Below, piece by piece: positions 11,831 through 23,254 of a stretch of DNA of 64,000 nucleotides. The stretch's first letter is position 1; each line of letters begins with the position of its first letter. The DNA is taken from NCBI GenBank assembly GCA_951406725.2, contig OX597823.1, positions 4,340,001-4,404,000 on the forward strand, in the 5' to 3' direction. The DNA comes from Octopus vulgaris (Eukaryota). The notes under the pieces were generated by a model. It ran no database searches and had not been told where the DNA came from. It saw only the letters and a program-made list of their open reading frames with translations. The translations under genes were made by a program, and so were the position numbers.

Positions 11831-13253
11831 TATCTCTTATTATAAAAGGCAGATTTTATCTGCCTCCCTTTGGGAGTTATACAAATCTACAATATAGGAT
11901 TTCTTCAATTACAATTTACCTAGCAGTTTTAAGAGTACAATGCATCGCGTCATGCCAGGTCCAGTTTTTAAAATTTAAACTCCAATTAAGCAAAATTTAC
12001 AGAAAACTCACATTCTGGTGTGTGTGTCAAATGCTTTTCTTAGTCTGGTTTACACCACACGCAAACGCACACACACAGTGGGCAACGAATAAAATGAAAG
12101 TAAATGTAATATTTGTTTCTGTCTATCACGCTGATAGATACATGAGTAAAATGTATGGGAAGCTAACAGATAACAGTGAGTGAAAATGTTCTTGGAAGAG
12201 AGTAAATTAGCGACAGTGATTTGAGGAAGACTAAACTGAAACTATGAAACAGTGTTTATGTATAAACAGACGACACTTATATAAACCCTTTCGTTACCAA
12301 ACCGCCCGAATTTACCTATTCATATTTAAATGAGAATATCAGAGTAAATCTCTTTAGTACATTCGTGAAAACACGTATTATACTTCGTAAACACTTCAAA
12401 TACAGTTTTGTACAAAAATCGAAGTGTAATTTTAATTCCGTGAATTATGGGAGATTTTTTTCCGAAATTTGTTCCTATTGTGTTTTCAAAATTTGTAATT
12501 CTGACAAAAAATGGATACGAATTTCATTATATCAAGCAGCGAGTCAGAATTCGAAGGATTTTCTACTGAAGACCTTGATAAATCTAACTCTATGACTGAA
12601 AAAAAAAGCATCTTTATATAAGAGTGAAGTTGTGTGTCTGTCCCCTTCGATTTACATTCGTAATTACTCCCACATTTTGCGGTGCAGTTTAACCAAAAGC
12701 GGGTATCTTATAGTCGTGATTCATATCGAGCCCTTCTGGGTATTAGCGCGCGTCTACGATGAGTCTACGATTTTAAAAAAATTTACCATCATATTTTTCC
12801 ATTTTAATGCATTTTTTTCGCTTTTATATAAGGGAAGTAACTCTCTAAAAATATCTACGATGTGTCAACGATTTAAAAAAAATTTACCTTAATTTTTTTT
12901 CAATTTTTAATGCATTTTTTTTTTGCTATTTTTTGGCTATAACTCTCTAAAAATGCTTATATAGTTATTTCCCTTACAATCCGAGCAACGCCGAGCGATA
13001 CTGCTAGTTTATATATAAAAGAAAGGTTGTGTGTCTGTCTACTCCGATTTAGATTCCTAACTACTCCCACATTTTGCGATGCAGCTTAACCAAAACCGAG
13101 TATCTTATAGTCGTGATTCATATCGAGCCCTTCTGGGTATTAGCGCGCGTCTACGATGAGTCTATGATTTTACAAATAATTTACCATCATTTTTTTTCAT
13201 TTTAATGCATATTTTTTTAATAAAGGGAAGTAACTCTCAAACTTCACACCAAT

Positions 13254-13763
13254 ATGCGTGCTCATATGCGACGTAATATCACATCAGCAGCATTTCCTCA
13301 CACCCTCCTTGCACTTGGCGAAGGCAAAATACCAGGGGATGAAAATGGTAATATTGCCATCGATTCCATTTGTACCATTGTTAAGACGCCTTCTGATCTC
13401 AGAGATGCAGTGTTCCCAGATCTACAAGCTAATTATCAGAATATGGATTGGATTGGCAAAAAGGCTATACTGGCCCCGACGATTAAAACTGTTCACCATA
13501 TTAATGATGAAATGCTAAAACTCATTCCTGGGGAAGTCTATGTCGATACAACTCCTGACCCAGAGGACGTCATCAACTATCCAATAGAGGTACTCAATTC
13601 CTTTGAGCACCCCGGACTACCACCACACTTTCTCAAACTTAAAGTTGGTGCCCCTATAATGCTCATCAGAAATTTGGTTCCCCCAAAACAATGCAATGGC
13701 ACACGTTTGATCGTTAAGTCCTTATCTCCCACCGTAAGCTTATATCAATATTTTCCTGAATAA
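13254..13763 (+). pseudogene. Helitron PIF1-family helicase C-terminal fragment (169 aa open frame)
   Basis: Motifs LLALGEGK, AILAP and GLPPHFLKLKVGAPIMLIRNL...CNGTRLIV are typical of Helitron RepHel helicases. No Walker A or Rep domain. Confidence 0.88.
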
Positions 13764-14200
13764 TCCTCATAATTCAGTGCAATCATTAACAGTACTTTCA
13801 AGCGATTCAGCCCCGAGCAACGCCGGGCAATTCTGCTAGTCTATATATATAAACGGCAAAATGTCTGCGTGCGTGTCCTTTATACAAATTCACAATTTTT
13901 CAGTTAGAGGGCATGCACTTTCTATGGTCATTCAAAACCGTCCAAGGGTGGTCGTGCACAACTTTACATTTCCCCAGTTACCCCGTAAAGCCATTAAAAA
14001 TCAATAGAAGTGATTTTTTTATGAATTTTCTATTCAAAACCCAATCAAAATGTCCGAGACTTGATACGCCAATCGAATGCCAGCTAGCTGTATGTGATTG
14101 GTCGGAGATTTGGACAGTACTCGCGTGTATGTGTGCACGCACGCAGCTGTATATGTATGCACTAGCACTATGACCCGGTAACGCCGGGTCATATTGCTAG

Positions 14201-16461
14201 TTCACTAATAAAAAGCAGGGTGAGGATTCTGCCTAAAAATGTCCATCACTCCAAGAAAATGGGCCGACCACGCATTAACACTGCCAGAACCTCGGACCCT
14301 ACACTGCGAAAATGTTTTGCTGTTTCTATCAAAATTGCCCTCAGTAGCTGCCCAAACTCCTCTGCTGAAAGTAGGTGGAATTATATCAGGGAAGCTTTGT
14401 ATACCACATCAATAGATACTTTCGGCATGAGAGAAAGGTAAAACCCAGATTGGTTCGGTGCTGGTCTCTCAGACCTGGAACCAGTTATCGAAGCAAAGCG
14501 CGCAGCTCTGATGCAATACAAGAGTGATTTTTCTACAAAGTCACTCGAAGAACTCAAAAAGGCAAGAAATAAAACCCAACTGACTGCCAGACGCTGTGAA
14601 AATAGGTATTGGCAGGAAATCTGTCAGAGTATCCAGTCAGCTGCTGACAGTGGCGACACCCATGGGATGTATGCTGGTTTGAAGACAGCCTTCGGTCCAT
14701 CCGCAACCAAGTCAGTCCCTCTGAAATCAACTACTGGAGATCTCATCAAGGACCAAAGCAAGCAAATGAATAGATGGGTGGAGTACTATCAGGATCTCTA
14801 CAGTAGCTGAGGCTGCGATCGAGAGTGTCAAGATCTTGCCAGTCATGTGCGAACTTGACAGTCTGCCATCTATAGCAGAGCTCGCCAAGGCTATTGACTC
14901 CCTGGCCAGTAACAAGGCTCCGAGAAAAGACGGCATCCCCTTAGAGATCATCAAAGCCGGCAAAAACACCGTCCTGCTTCGGCACCTTCATGAGCTTCTG
15001 TGTCAGTGCTGGGAAGAGGGAACAGTCCCTCAGGATATGCGATGCTAACATCATTACGCTTTACAAAATCGAAGGTGACCGTGGAGATTGTAACACTTAC
15101 TGTGGAATATCTCTTCTAAGCACTGTTGGAAAGCACTGTTGCTCGCGTTATCCTGTCCAGGCTACAACTGCTTGCTTCTCGAATTTATGCAGAATCGCAA
15201 TGTGGTTTTAGAAGAAGCAGATCAACTATTGACATGATATTCTCCATACGCCAACTTCAGGAGAAGTCCAGAGAGCAGAAAATGCCATTATATATGGCCT
15301 TCATTGATCTGACAAAGGCCTTTGACTTGGTAAGTAGAAAAGGCCTCTTCATCGGGCTCCAAAAAATTGGCTGTCTACCAAAGCAGCTAAGGATCATCAA
15401 ATCTTTCCATGATGATATGCAAGGCACCATACAGCACAATGGTTCAACATCAGCCGCCTTCCAAATAAAAAACGGAGTAAAGCAAGAGTGTGTCCTTCCT
15501 CCTACATTATTTGGCATTTTCTTCTCGCTGCTGCTGTCACATGCCTTTCAGACATCAGATGATGGAGTGTTTCTGCATAGTAGAAGTGACGGGAAACTGT
15601 TCAATCTCTCGCGTCTGCGTGCCAACACCAAAATCAGAAGCGTCCTGATCAAGGAGATGCTATTTGCTGATGATGCCGCTCTGGTATCACACACAGAAGA
15701 AGTCCTGCAAAGGCTCATCAACTGTTTTGAGCAAGCATGTAGCGACTTTGGCTTAGTTATCAGCCTCAAGAAGACCAACATCATGGGTCAGGCTACATCG
15801 GACATCCCAAACATACATATTGGAGACCACAGACTACAGGAGGCGGAGAAGTTTACCTATCTTGGCTCTACCATCACCTATAACCTATCCCTTGATGCCG
15901 AGCTCAATATACGCATTGGCAAGGCAGCTGCTGTGATGGCTAAACTCTCCAAACGGGCATGGGACAACAATAAGCTGACCAAGACCACAAAAATGATTTA
16001 CCAGGCATGTGTTCTTAGCACTCTACTGTATGGAAGTGAGACTTGGACGCCATACACACGCCAAGAGCGTCGCCTAAATATCTTTCACCTGCGCAACCTC
16101 CGGAAAATCCTTGGCATCAAATGGCAGAATCATGTCCCCAACAAAGATGTCCTCAAGCAAGCAGGAATACCAAGCATGTTTGCACTCCTCACACAAAGAC
16201 GTATGAGATGGCTTGGACATGTTAGCCGTATGGAAGATGGTAGAATCCCAAAAGACTTACTCTACGGAAAGCTTGCTGGGGGCAATAGGTCTGTGGGAAG
16301 ACTGTTCTTACGATACAAGGATATTTGCAAAAGGAACATGAAGGCCTGCAACATCAATATTAGCGGTTGGGAAGCAGTTGCCAGCAACCGTGGAGATTGG
16401 CGACGTACCGTAAAAGAGGGAACACAAAGGAGTGACAGAGAGAGAGAGAGAGAGATAGCGA

Positions 16462-16505
<44 letters not shown>

Positions 16506-16673
16506 GAGCGAGAGAGAGAGAGAGGAGGAATGGAAAGACAAGAAAAGACGTCAACAAGAAAGTATGACCTTACAACCAGCCAGGCAAAGTCTTAGCTACA
16601 TTTGTGGCACCTGCCAGAGGGAGTGTTTGTCCAGAATAGGACTACACAGCCACATCAGGTGTATTAGGACATG
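14201..16673 (+). pseudogene. RTE linker, reverse transcriptase and C2H2-like C-terminus (frameshifted)
   Basis: ORFs 14220-14441, 14511-14810, 14836-15048 and 15126-16595 form one disrupted RT reading frame with MLFADDAAL and RRMRWLGHV. Confidence 0.92.
16437..16524 (+). repeat. (GA)n microsatellite inside the RTE ORF
   Basis: Direct reading of an imperfect GA run. Confidence 0.95.
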
Positions 16674-16931
16674 AAATATAAAAGCCGGACTAGATTATTT
16701 TATGCGCAACTCCATTGGCCCCCGAGACAAAATAGGATACCAACAACTACGGATGACCAGCGGACAGCGAGACCTAAATTAAGGAACTCAATTTATGAAG
16801 GCCCTTGTGCCTATTCGAATGATGGCTATTCAAGAGTCATGTATAGCTTCCTGCGTGACTCCGTACAGGCGTGGTCCGAATATCCAATACAGTTCCTGAT
16901 GGGGAACCAACAAAAATTAGAAAAACAAAGC

Positions 16932-17003
16932 CTCCCCGGCGGGGAATCGAACCCCGGTCTCCCGCGTGACAGGCGGGGATACTTACCACTATACTACCGA
17001 GGA
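16932..17003 (-). tRNA. tRNA-Asp(GTC), pair 3 left
   Basis: Identical 72-nt sequence; A-run 16921-16925. Confidence 0.97.
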
Positions 17004-17625
17004 TGACACTTACTAATTTATTCATACGTATATTTATCTGTATGCACGTGTACGTGTGCGTATGTACGACTGAATATTTCCTCGTAGGAGAATCAGAAAT
17101 AATAGCCAGATTTTGTTTTATTGGAAAGGAACCGCGTGGTAGATGAAGGACTTCTACGATTCGAAGAAACAAGGAACGGGATAGTTACAGGTGAAAACCA
17201 TTTCGTCATTCTCTCATCAAGACAGACATAACCCGCGGCAACACAACTTATTATAAACACTGGCCCATGTGTGTGCTTCTATATTTAGATGTGTATATAT
17301 ATCTTTAATGGGGGTGAAATAGCCGAATAGTACCGTATATCTATGTCTAGATGTAAAACTGAAATGAAAATATCATTGTAAGAGAATTAATGAAAAAAGA
17401 AAAAAAAAACACGTGAGAGGAGAACCAACAGGATTTAAATATCATGTTGTGGAAGATGTATCAGTATTTTATATAATTAATACATTTTGCCTGCTTTTAT
17501 TGTCATCAAATTAAGCAACCGTAAAAACGTTCCTTATATCAACACAGAAACAGAACCACAGTGACACGCCCCGGCTAATGTCGTCATAAAATGAGTTCCT
17601 TAATTCAGGCTTCGCTGCCAGCTGA

Positions 17626-17697
17626 TCCTCGGTAGTATAGTGGTAAGTATCCCCGCCTGTCACGCGGGAGACCGGGGTTCGATTCCCCGCCGGGGAG
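17626..17697 (+). tRNA. tRNA-Asp(GTC), pair 3 right
   Basis: Identical 72-nt sequence with a downstream T-run. Confidence 0.97.
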
Positions 17698-17877
17698 GCT
17701 CGTTATTTTTACTTTTTTGATAGTAGTTGCATTTTGGATTCGAAAACTGATTATTTCAACAAGGCCGGTCAATTGGAGATGCCTTTTTCGAATGCCCAGC
17801 ACTCGCCTCGATTCTCAAGTGAAAGGCGGGCCATTCGGTTTCCCACTGATGAACACTTTTCATATCTAAAAAAAAAT

Positions 17878-18322
17878 ATTTGTTTCTTTATTGCCCACAG
17901 GAGGCTAAACATAGAGGGGACAAAACAAGGACTGACAAAGGGTTTAAGTCGATTACTTCGACCCCAAAGCGTAACTGGGACTTAATTTATCGAGCGCGAA
18001 AGGATGCAAGGTAAAGTCGACCTCGGCTACCCAAAGCGTAACTGGGACTTATTCAATCGACCCCGAAAGGTTCTCGGTGGAATTTGAACTCAGAACGAAA
18101 TGGCAGACGAAATACCTATTTCTTTACTACCTACAATGGGCTAAACACAGAGAGGGCAAACAAGGACAGACAGATGGTTAAGTTGATTACATCGACCCCA
18201 GTGCATAACTGATACTTATTTAATCGACCCCGAAAGGATGAAAGGCAAAGTCGTCCTCCGCAGAATTTGAACTCAGAACGTAGCGGCAGACAAAATACAC
18301 GTTTCTGCCAGCTCGCCGCCTA
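17878..18322 (-). mobile_element. Tandem copies of a SINE with a MetaSINE-like core (GCCTTTCATCCTTTCGGGGTCGAT)
   Basis: Family recurs at about 19290-19452(+), 19800-20000(-), 23630-23770(-), 25490-26130(+, several), 26460-26660, 40250-40320(-), 55735-55930(+) and 62950-63340(-). Confidence 0.75.
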
Positions 18323-18637
18323 TTTTTTTTTTTAAATATTAGCGTTGTGGATTCAAGTGCCAGTTATTCGAACCAGGCCATCCACGCAATTACCCAGGAA
18401 GCGATAAATACTTGCTTTGAATACTCAACACTTCCTCAGCTTGTAACGTGGGTGACCCGGTTTCGATACCTTGCCGGGCTGGTTTGTTTTCAGTTTCGTT
18501 TTGATTTTTTTTTTCCATTCTTTTAATGGCATTAATGCCTATTCAAACGATAACTTCCTGTGTGACTACGTGAAAACGTTGTCCGAATATCTAGCACAGT
18601 ATCAGATGTAGAACCAGCAAAAATTAAAAATACAAGC

Positions 18638-18709
18638 CTCCCCGGCGGGGAATCGAACCCCGGTCTCCCGCGTGACAGGCGGGGATACTTACCACTATAC
18701 TACCGAGGA
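18638..18709 (-). tRNA. tRNA-Asp(GTC), pair 4 left
   Basis: Identical 72-nt sequence; A-run 18626-18630. Confidence 0.97.
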
Positions 18710-19523
18710 CTGGCTGATGGAATGGCCTAAATTAAGAAACTAATTTTACGAACGGAAGATCCCGAGGAGTGTCACCATAATTCTATTTGAAGAAAGAATT
18801 TTAGAAACAAAAGTAACGAATTCATTGAATCAAATTTTTCGATTTCTTCTACGACATAGAAATAAATAAATCTTGCTGTATTCCTCTCACATGTTTTTTC
18901 TTTAATCCTGTTGCGATAACATTTTCATTTCAGTATAATGTCTATATATAGATATAGAAACACAAGTGCGCGCACGTGTGTGTGTGTATTTATAAATTGT
19001 TTTGCCGCGGGTCAGGGTAGGTCTGCCTTCTTCGAGCAGAGGTAATATCAGATGTGTTTCATCATTGACCATCCAGTCTTTTCTTCGGGTAGTTCCTATG
19101 GCTTGAAGTACATTATCGAGCGTGTCTTTCCTTTTATAAGAGGCTATGGGGGTGAGATTTGCTTGCGATTTATAAGGAAAAACATTGCTGTGTTTATATA
19201 TGTGAGTGTATGTATGTGTGTAGCCGCACACACGTTTATATATATATATATATAAGCATACACACATACATATATATAAATATATATATGTCCTGAGTTC
19301 AAATTCCGTCGAGGTCGACTTTGCTGTCACCCTTTCGGGGTCGATAAATAAAGTACCAATTACGCACTGGGGTTGATGTATTCGACTTAATCCGTTTGTC
19401 TGTCCTTGTTTGTCCCCTGTGTGTTTAGCCCCTTGTGGGTAGTAAAGAAATATGTATAAATATATATATAAACCCACACACACACACATATGTATATACA
19501 CACGGGAGGGTCTGTAAGTGTTT

Positions 19524-19595
19524 TCCTCGGTAGTATAGTGGTAAGTATCCCCGCCTGTCACGCGGGAGACCGGGGTTCGATTCCCCGCCGGGGAG
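19524..19595 (+). tRNA. tRNA-Asp(GTC), pair 4 right
   Basis: Identical 72-nt sequence; T-run at about 19604. Confidence 0.97.
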
Positions 19596-21254
19596 GCCTT
19601 ACCTTTTTCTTTTATATACACTCGCTATATCCTTTATACACAGTTCAGAACTTTGTAATGTCACCTCTTGGTTTCATGTTCAGTCCTCTTGTGCGACACC
19701 ATCTGTTGGTATGGACACCTTGTGAATGAAGTAGAAAGGAACTAGGATCGCGTGTGTCGCCCTCCGCTTAACAACAGGTGTTGGTTTGTTTACATAATCT
19801 GTAATTTTGGTTTCCAATTTTGGCACAAGGCCAGTAATTTCGGGGGAGGGGTAGTCGATTACATCGATTCCAGTGTTCAACTAGTACTAATTTTATGGAC
19901 CCCAAAAGGATAAAACGCAAAGACATTGGCAGAATTTGAACTCAGAACGTATACAGACGAAATGCCCGGCACGCTAACCATTCTGCCAGCTTGCCGCCCT
20001 CCTATTCCGTAACATTAGCAGATCGACAAAAATGTAACCATAGTACTTACTCTTTTGCCGAACATCTAAGTTACGGGGACGTAAACACACCCCCATCGGT
20101 TGTCAAGTGATGTTGGGGAGGGGACAAACACAGACACTCAAACATATACACACACACACACATACATATATATATACATATAAACGACGGGCTTCTTTCA
20201 GTTTCCGTCTACCAAATCCACTCATAAGGCTTTGGTCGGCCCGAGGCCATAGATGAAGACACTTGCCCAAGGTGCCACACAGTAGGACTGAACCCGGAAC
20301 CATGAGGTTCGTATGCAAGCTACTTACCACACAGCCACTCCTATGTGAACACACTACCAAAATGCCCGGCGTTCAGGGAACTGATTTTAATGTTGCAAAG
20401 TAATTTAATTTATAGTAAAATTTGTAGATAATAATTGACAGAGTATCAACTAAGTAGCCCACACAATTTTTTTCCTTTTCCTGATTTTAGGGAATTCTTT
20501 GGAATTCTCTTCTGGACATTGAAGATTGCGGGGGAAATGTCATTAAAACATAAATTTATTAATTCAAAATATTGAATTGCCAATTCTTCATTCGTCCTTG
20601 TAGCAGAGCTACATATTACATGGTAATCTGTGAGTCGACCTGCAGAGCAGACGAATATATCGATGAGGTATATCTAGCCTCACTTTGATACACTAAGCCT
20701 TGCTTTGGTTCAGTAGCCTCATTCTCAGACACTAGCCTTGTTCTGTGCTACACATGAGAAACTCCCAGTTCCTGCCAGGCTTCGGTCGAAGACACATGTC
20801 TTCTCTGCAGCTCCACAAGCAATCTCCCATGTACAACTCACATGTCTATTCACCTCAGCACAAGATATCTGGTTCATAAACGAAGATATTTTGTCACACA
20901 CACATTCTCAAAACGACTGTTCTCATTATACATAGTGTTAATACAAATATTACATGTTACTTCTTATAGAACAAAAGCAAAAATCAAAACTTTCTTTGTA
21001 TGTAAACACACGTTTTTGTATCATGCTACATGCTTCCACCTCAAAAGGTGAACACAGAATAAACAATATATTTATACACAAAAATGCTATGATTGGTCAT
21101 TCATACTAACTGTTTTCCCATTTAATGACACGCACTTGAACAGCCAACGTCGGCTGCTATATCCATATCCAAAACTTTAACCCTAAAACTTTTACCTATA
21201 TTTTGGGGGTTTTGTTTTTAGAATAGCATTCTCGTATTTTTAAAATGTTATTCA

Positions 21255-21465
21255 TCATTATAATCATCATCATTGTCGTTTAACGTCCGTTTTCCATGCT
21301 GGCATGGGTTGGACGGTTTGACTGGGGACTGGCAAGCCAGGAGGCTGCACCAAGCTCCAATCTGATCTGGCAATGTTTCTTCAGCAGGATGCCCTTCCTA
21401 ATGCCAACCACTCTGAGAGTGTAGTGAGTGCTTTTTACATGCCACCGACATGGGAGCCAGTCAGG
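21255..21465 (-). mobile_element. 3' fragment of an RTE-type LINE or SINE with (GAT)n tail
   Basis: CATCATC GTTTAACGTCCGTTTTCCATGCTGGCATGGGTTGGA motif. Also at about 27795, 30180-30770 (tandem), 52350, 53035, 57340 and 58195. Confidence 0.75.
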
Positions 21466-21504
21466 TGCATGTGTGTGTGTGTTTGTGAGTGCCTCAATGA
21501 GTGT

Positions 21505-22347
21505 ATATAAGTTGCAATGAATAAACTGTCGTCTAAATTACGGAAAAATGAAGATAACACTGACATCTCATTTTAACAGATATATTTACTGAAATTGCAT
21601 AAAAATATCTTGAAATACTAAAGAGTAAATTTATTCAATAAAACCACCATTAGCTTCAAACATGGCTTCCAGACGTCTTTGGAATCTCCTGCAACTTATC
21701 CTGAAACTTCTTGATTAAGTTGGTGAATGCTGCCATAATCCTTGCCTTCAGTTCATCTTTGGTGTTACAAGGAGTTTTGTTGGTCTCTTGCTCCACTGTG
21801 CCCCACACATAATAATTAAGGGAGTTGCATTGCAGGGAGTTAGGTGGCCAGATGTTAGGGGTGATGCAGTCACAGAAATTGTCTGACTGCCATAACTGGG
21901 TTCTCCTGCTTGTGTGGCATAGTGCAGAGTCCTGTTGCCAGACATAGGGACTTCCAACAGCCACCCTCTTGACCCAGGGCAGTACTACTTCCTCCAGGCA
22001 CTTGATGTAGACCTCCATGTTGTGTCTGAGGCCATGTGAGAAGATGAATGGAGGCATAATGTTGCCATCACTAGTGACCACTTCAAACACCTGATGTTGA
22101 CTGGATGTTTGATTTTTATTACACTTGGTACATGTTCATATTGGAGCTTCCGGCATGAATGCCAAGCAGTACAGCATGTCATTTCCAAATTTCTGGCATA
22201 GTGAATTGCTTCATGGTGCTGTTTTTCTCACAGACAATGCCCAACTGGCCCTACAATACTGTGTAGTTGACAAAATCAAAAACAATCAATACTCATGCAT
22301 GAAATTAAAAATATAAAATGGCAACAATTTACCCATCGCACCCTCTG
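21505..22347 (-). mobile_element. Internally deleted Tc1/mariner (maT/DD37D-like) element
   Basis: ORF 21656-22090: VVTSDGNIMPPFIF...YVWQQDSA..HTS...WPPNS..CN.LNYYVWG. Degenerate inverted ends near 21505 and 22347. Confidence 0.8.
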
Positions 22348-23254
22348 TGTGCGTGTGTGTGTATGCATAAATATATAAGTATATATGTGTGTACTTGTGT
22401 ATACATACTACACACATTCACACATAGTGATCAAGCAAATTTTATAAATCCAGTGAAAAGTACTCAATATAACAAATATAGAGATAATTCATATATTTTT
22501 TTAAAGTAAACAAAACAGTTAGTTCATGTTACTAATAATTTCAAAATCACTCACATGTAGTGAAATTAACTAAACTCCATCAGATTTGTATCATTTCTAT
22601 GAGTCATCTGTTTTGGAGACAAAATAAGAATTCCTTATGTTATGAGAATTCAGGGAGAAAATAAGTCCCAACTTTTATGAAGCCTAGTGAAAACCTTACA
22701 AATGCAGGTTCATATTATCACCTTCAGTTTTTGAAAACTTTATAAATAATATATAAATAATATAATAAATAATAATAATATAATTTATAAATAACTGTCT
22801 AGTTAGTCCCATAGTAAGATCTGTGACAGAGCAACCTCTTACAATGATGATATGCTTGAAGTAAGAAGATTCAATGACAAATGTGCTTCTATCCACAGTC
22901 CAAGCTCCTAAAATGAAAAGGCCTAATAATACCACATGGTTTGCGGCCTTCACCTGAAATGTTAAGTCCAACATACATACAGATTTCCTAAGGTTAGGAA
23001 GCCACCATTAGCCATAGATATAGTAAATTATTGAATTGGTATAACTTTAAGATTGTTTTCTCTGTTGCAACCCAACTCATGCATGGAAACCAGTAGTTCA
23101 TATAGGAACAACACTATATAACAACTAAATGGATCCTTGAACACAGACACTGTAGTATAAGTAATATAATTAAAATCCATAAATATTACCTTCATGTGAT
23201 ATATTGGTATGGCAGATGGACTGTTCAAAAAATGATTTTCCAACTATATTTATT

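Larger units (their letters stand above)
10679..14200 (+). mobile_element. Composite of non-autonomous Helitron modules
   Basis: Inserted between host A10678 and T14201 with no TSD; removal restores GAT CAT TCA CTA ATA (DHSLI). Hairpin plus CTAG 3' ends at 13007, 13839 and 14200. TC/TATA-rich starts at about 10679, 11831, 12611, 13008 and 13840. Confidence 0.85.
9305..16750 (+). mobile_element. Near full-length decayed RTE-clade LINE (interrupted by a Helitron composite)
   Basis: GC-richer 5' leader; APE endonuclease motifs WNVRT, LQETR, YAPT, GDFNARVG, LDLII, DCDTDH; RT motifs ESQCGFR, FIDLTKAFD, FADD; C-terminal YICGTCQRECLSRIGLHSH; CAACAAC tail. Confidence 0.93.

Noticed and set aside
15126-16595. 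489-aa RT ORF as a functional or domesticated gene
   Set aside because: It is part of a LINE with upstream stops and frameshifts, a Helitron in its endonuclease and a detached C-terminus.
6890-19595. Identical repeats with spacers as a CRISPR-like array
   Set aside because: The repeats are 72-nt tRNAs in alternating orientation, the spacers are hundreds of bp and mutually homologous, no cas genes are present, and the context is eukaryotic.
302-19729. Repeated short ORFs containing LPGGESNPGLPRDRRGYLPLYYRG, LGSIVVSIPACHAGDRGSIPRRG or SPAGNRTPVSRVTGGDTYHYTTE
   Set aside because: These are translations of the tRNA-Asp genes on either strand, not a peptide family.
20600-21000. Higher-complexity segment possibly coding on the minus strand
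   Set aside because: No sustained frame or recognisable motif; probably an old TE remnant that I cannot classify.
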